A stretch of DNA of 64,000 nt, taken from contig NC_058368.1 in assembly GCF_018350175.1 (NCBI RefSeq), forward strand, positions 26,476,001-26,540,000, written 5' to 3'. Below are positions 63,305 through 64,000 of this stretch, one piece after another. The DNA is from Felis catus. Taxonomy: Eukaryota. The position numbers were made by a program, and so were the translations under genes. Position 1 is the stretch's first letter, and each line of letters begins with the position of its first letter. Under the pieces are notes generated by a model. That model made no database searches. It saw only the letters and a list, made by a program, of their open reading frames with translations, and was not told the origin of the DNA.

Positions 63305-64000
63305 AGGATTCCACTGGAGTACAAGGTCAGAGTGACTTGGGCCAAGGGAACCAAGACAATGCCTTCTTATCCCTCCTGAGAGGAGAGCTGAAGAGCAGCC
63401 CCAAGTGATAACTGCGGGACTCACGGCTGGGCCTTGCCCCCGACACCAGCACCGGCTGGGATGAATCACACACCAGAGAACAACGGGGCTATTTCTTGAG
63501 GGTCATTTGTCAAGTTGACATCCCTGCCTAGAGTTATTTAGGGCTTTCTAAAGACACTTCTTTCCCTCCCTGTTGCAGGAAGCACCTGCGAGGCTGTTGA
63601 GTTGTGTTTTTGCTCAATAGCACTTTGATATCCCTTAAGGCCATCAATTACTCTTCTGTCCTTGCCGGTATGGGCTTTGGCTGATACAAAGATAGGAAAG
63701 CTTAGAGAGGATGATGAAGAGGAAAAGGACAGTGACTTCCTCTGGGATCTGAGGCCAGACGCTGTCTGGAGGTGGGCTTCTTGCTGATTTCTGTGGGGGC
63801 TCCTCTAGGTCAGGACAATCAGCATCCTTGGCTGGCTGGGCTTGGAACATAACTGCAATGCTCCCGTGAGGCCACATCTCCCTCCTGGAGGAGAGCTATG
63901 CTCCTTGCCATCTACTTAGAGATGAGTGTGGCTAGAGCAACACTGATTCAGGTGCATGACTTCAGGGAGAGGGAAGTTGGAAAGGAATCAGAGGAGAAGA

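Noticed and set aside
63595..63621. Short hairpin ctgttgag...ctcaatag as a possible miRNA
   Set aside because: Stem of about 8 bp is far too short for a pre-miRNA

Overview
Mammalian genomic DNA from a cat-family (Felidae) genome, judged from about 21 full-length carnivore tRNA-derived SINEs (Can-SINE/SINEC), several of the young feline type with intact target-site duplications (TSDs). The window is repeat-rich intronic or intergenic sequence: old MIR/L2 fragments, L1 3' fragments, MaLR (MLT1) and MER21-like LTRs, hAT remnants and microsatellites. I recognise no protein-coding gene; the ORF track is essentially SINE/L1-derived or random. The most notable structures are: (1) a young solo ERV LTR with a 6x49-bp U3 tandem array; (2) a diverged ~360-390-bp inverted duplication of mostly non-repeat DNA, with a splice-competent exon candidate outward of each arm, one being a 144-nt open phase-1/1 exon; (3) a 107-bp, 97%-identical local duplication; (4) two twin-primed (5'-inverted) L1s; (5) a hairpin-rich junction at a SINE inserted in MER21; (6) a CpG-rich patch with an RFX X-box and several homeobox-motif enhancer-like segments. 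Repeat subfamily names come from recalled consensus sequences, not a database search, and boundaries of old repeats are approximate.
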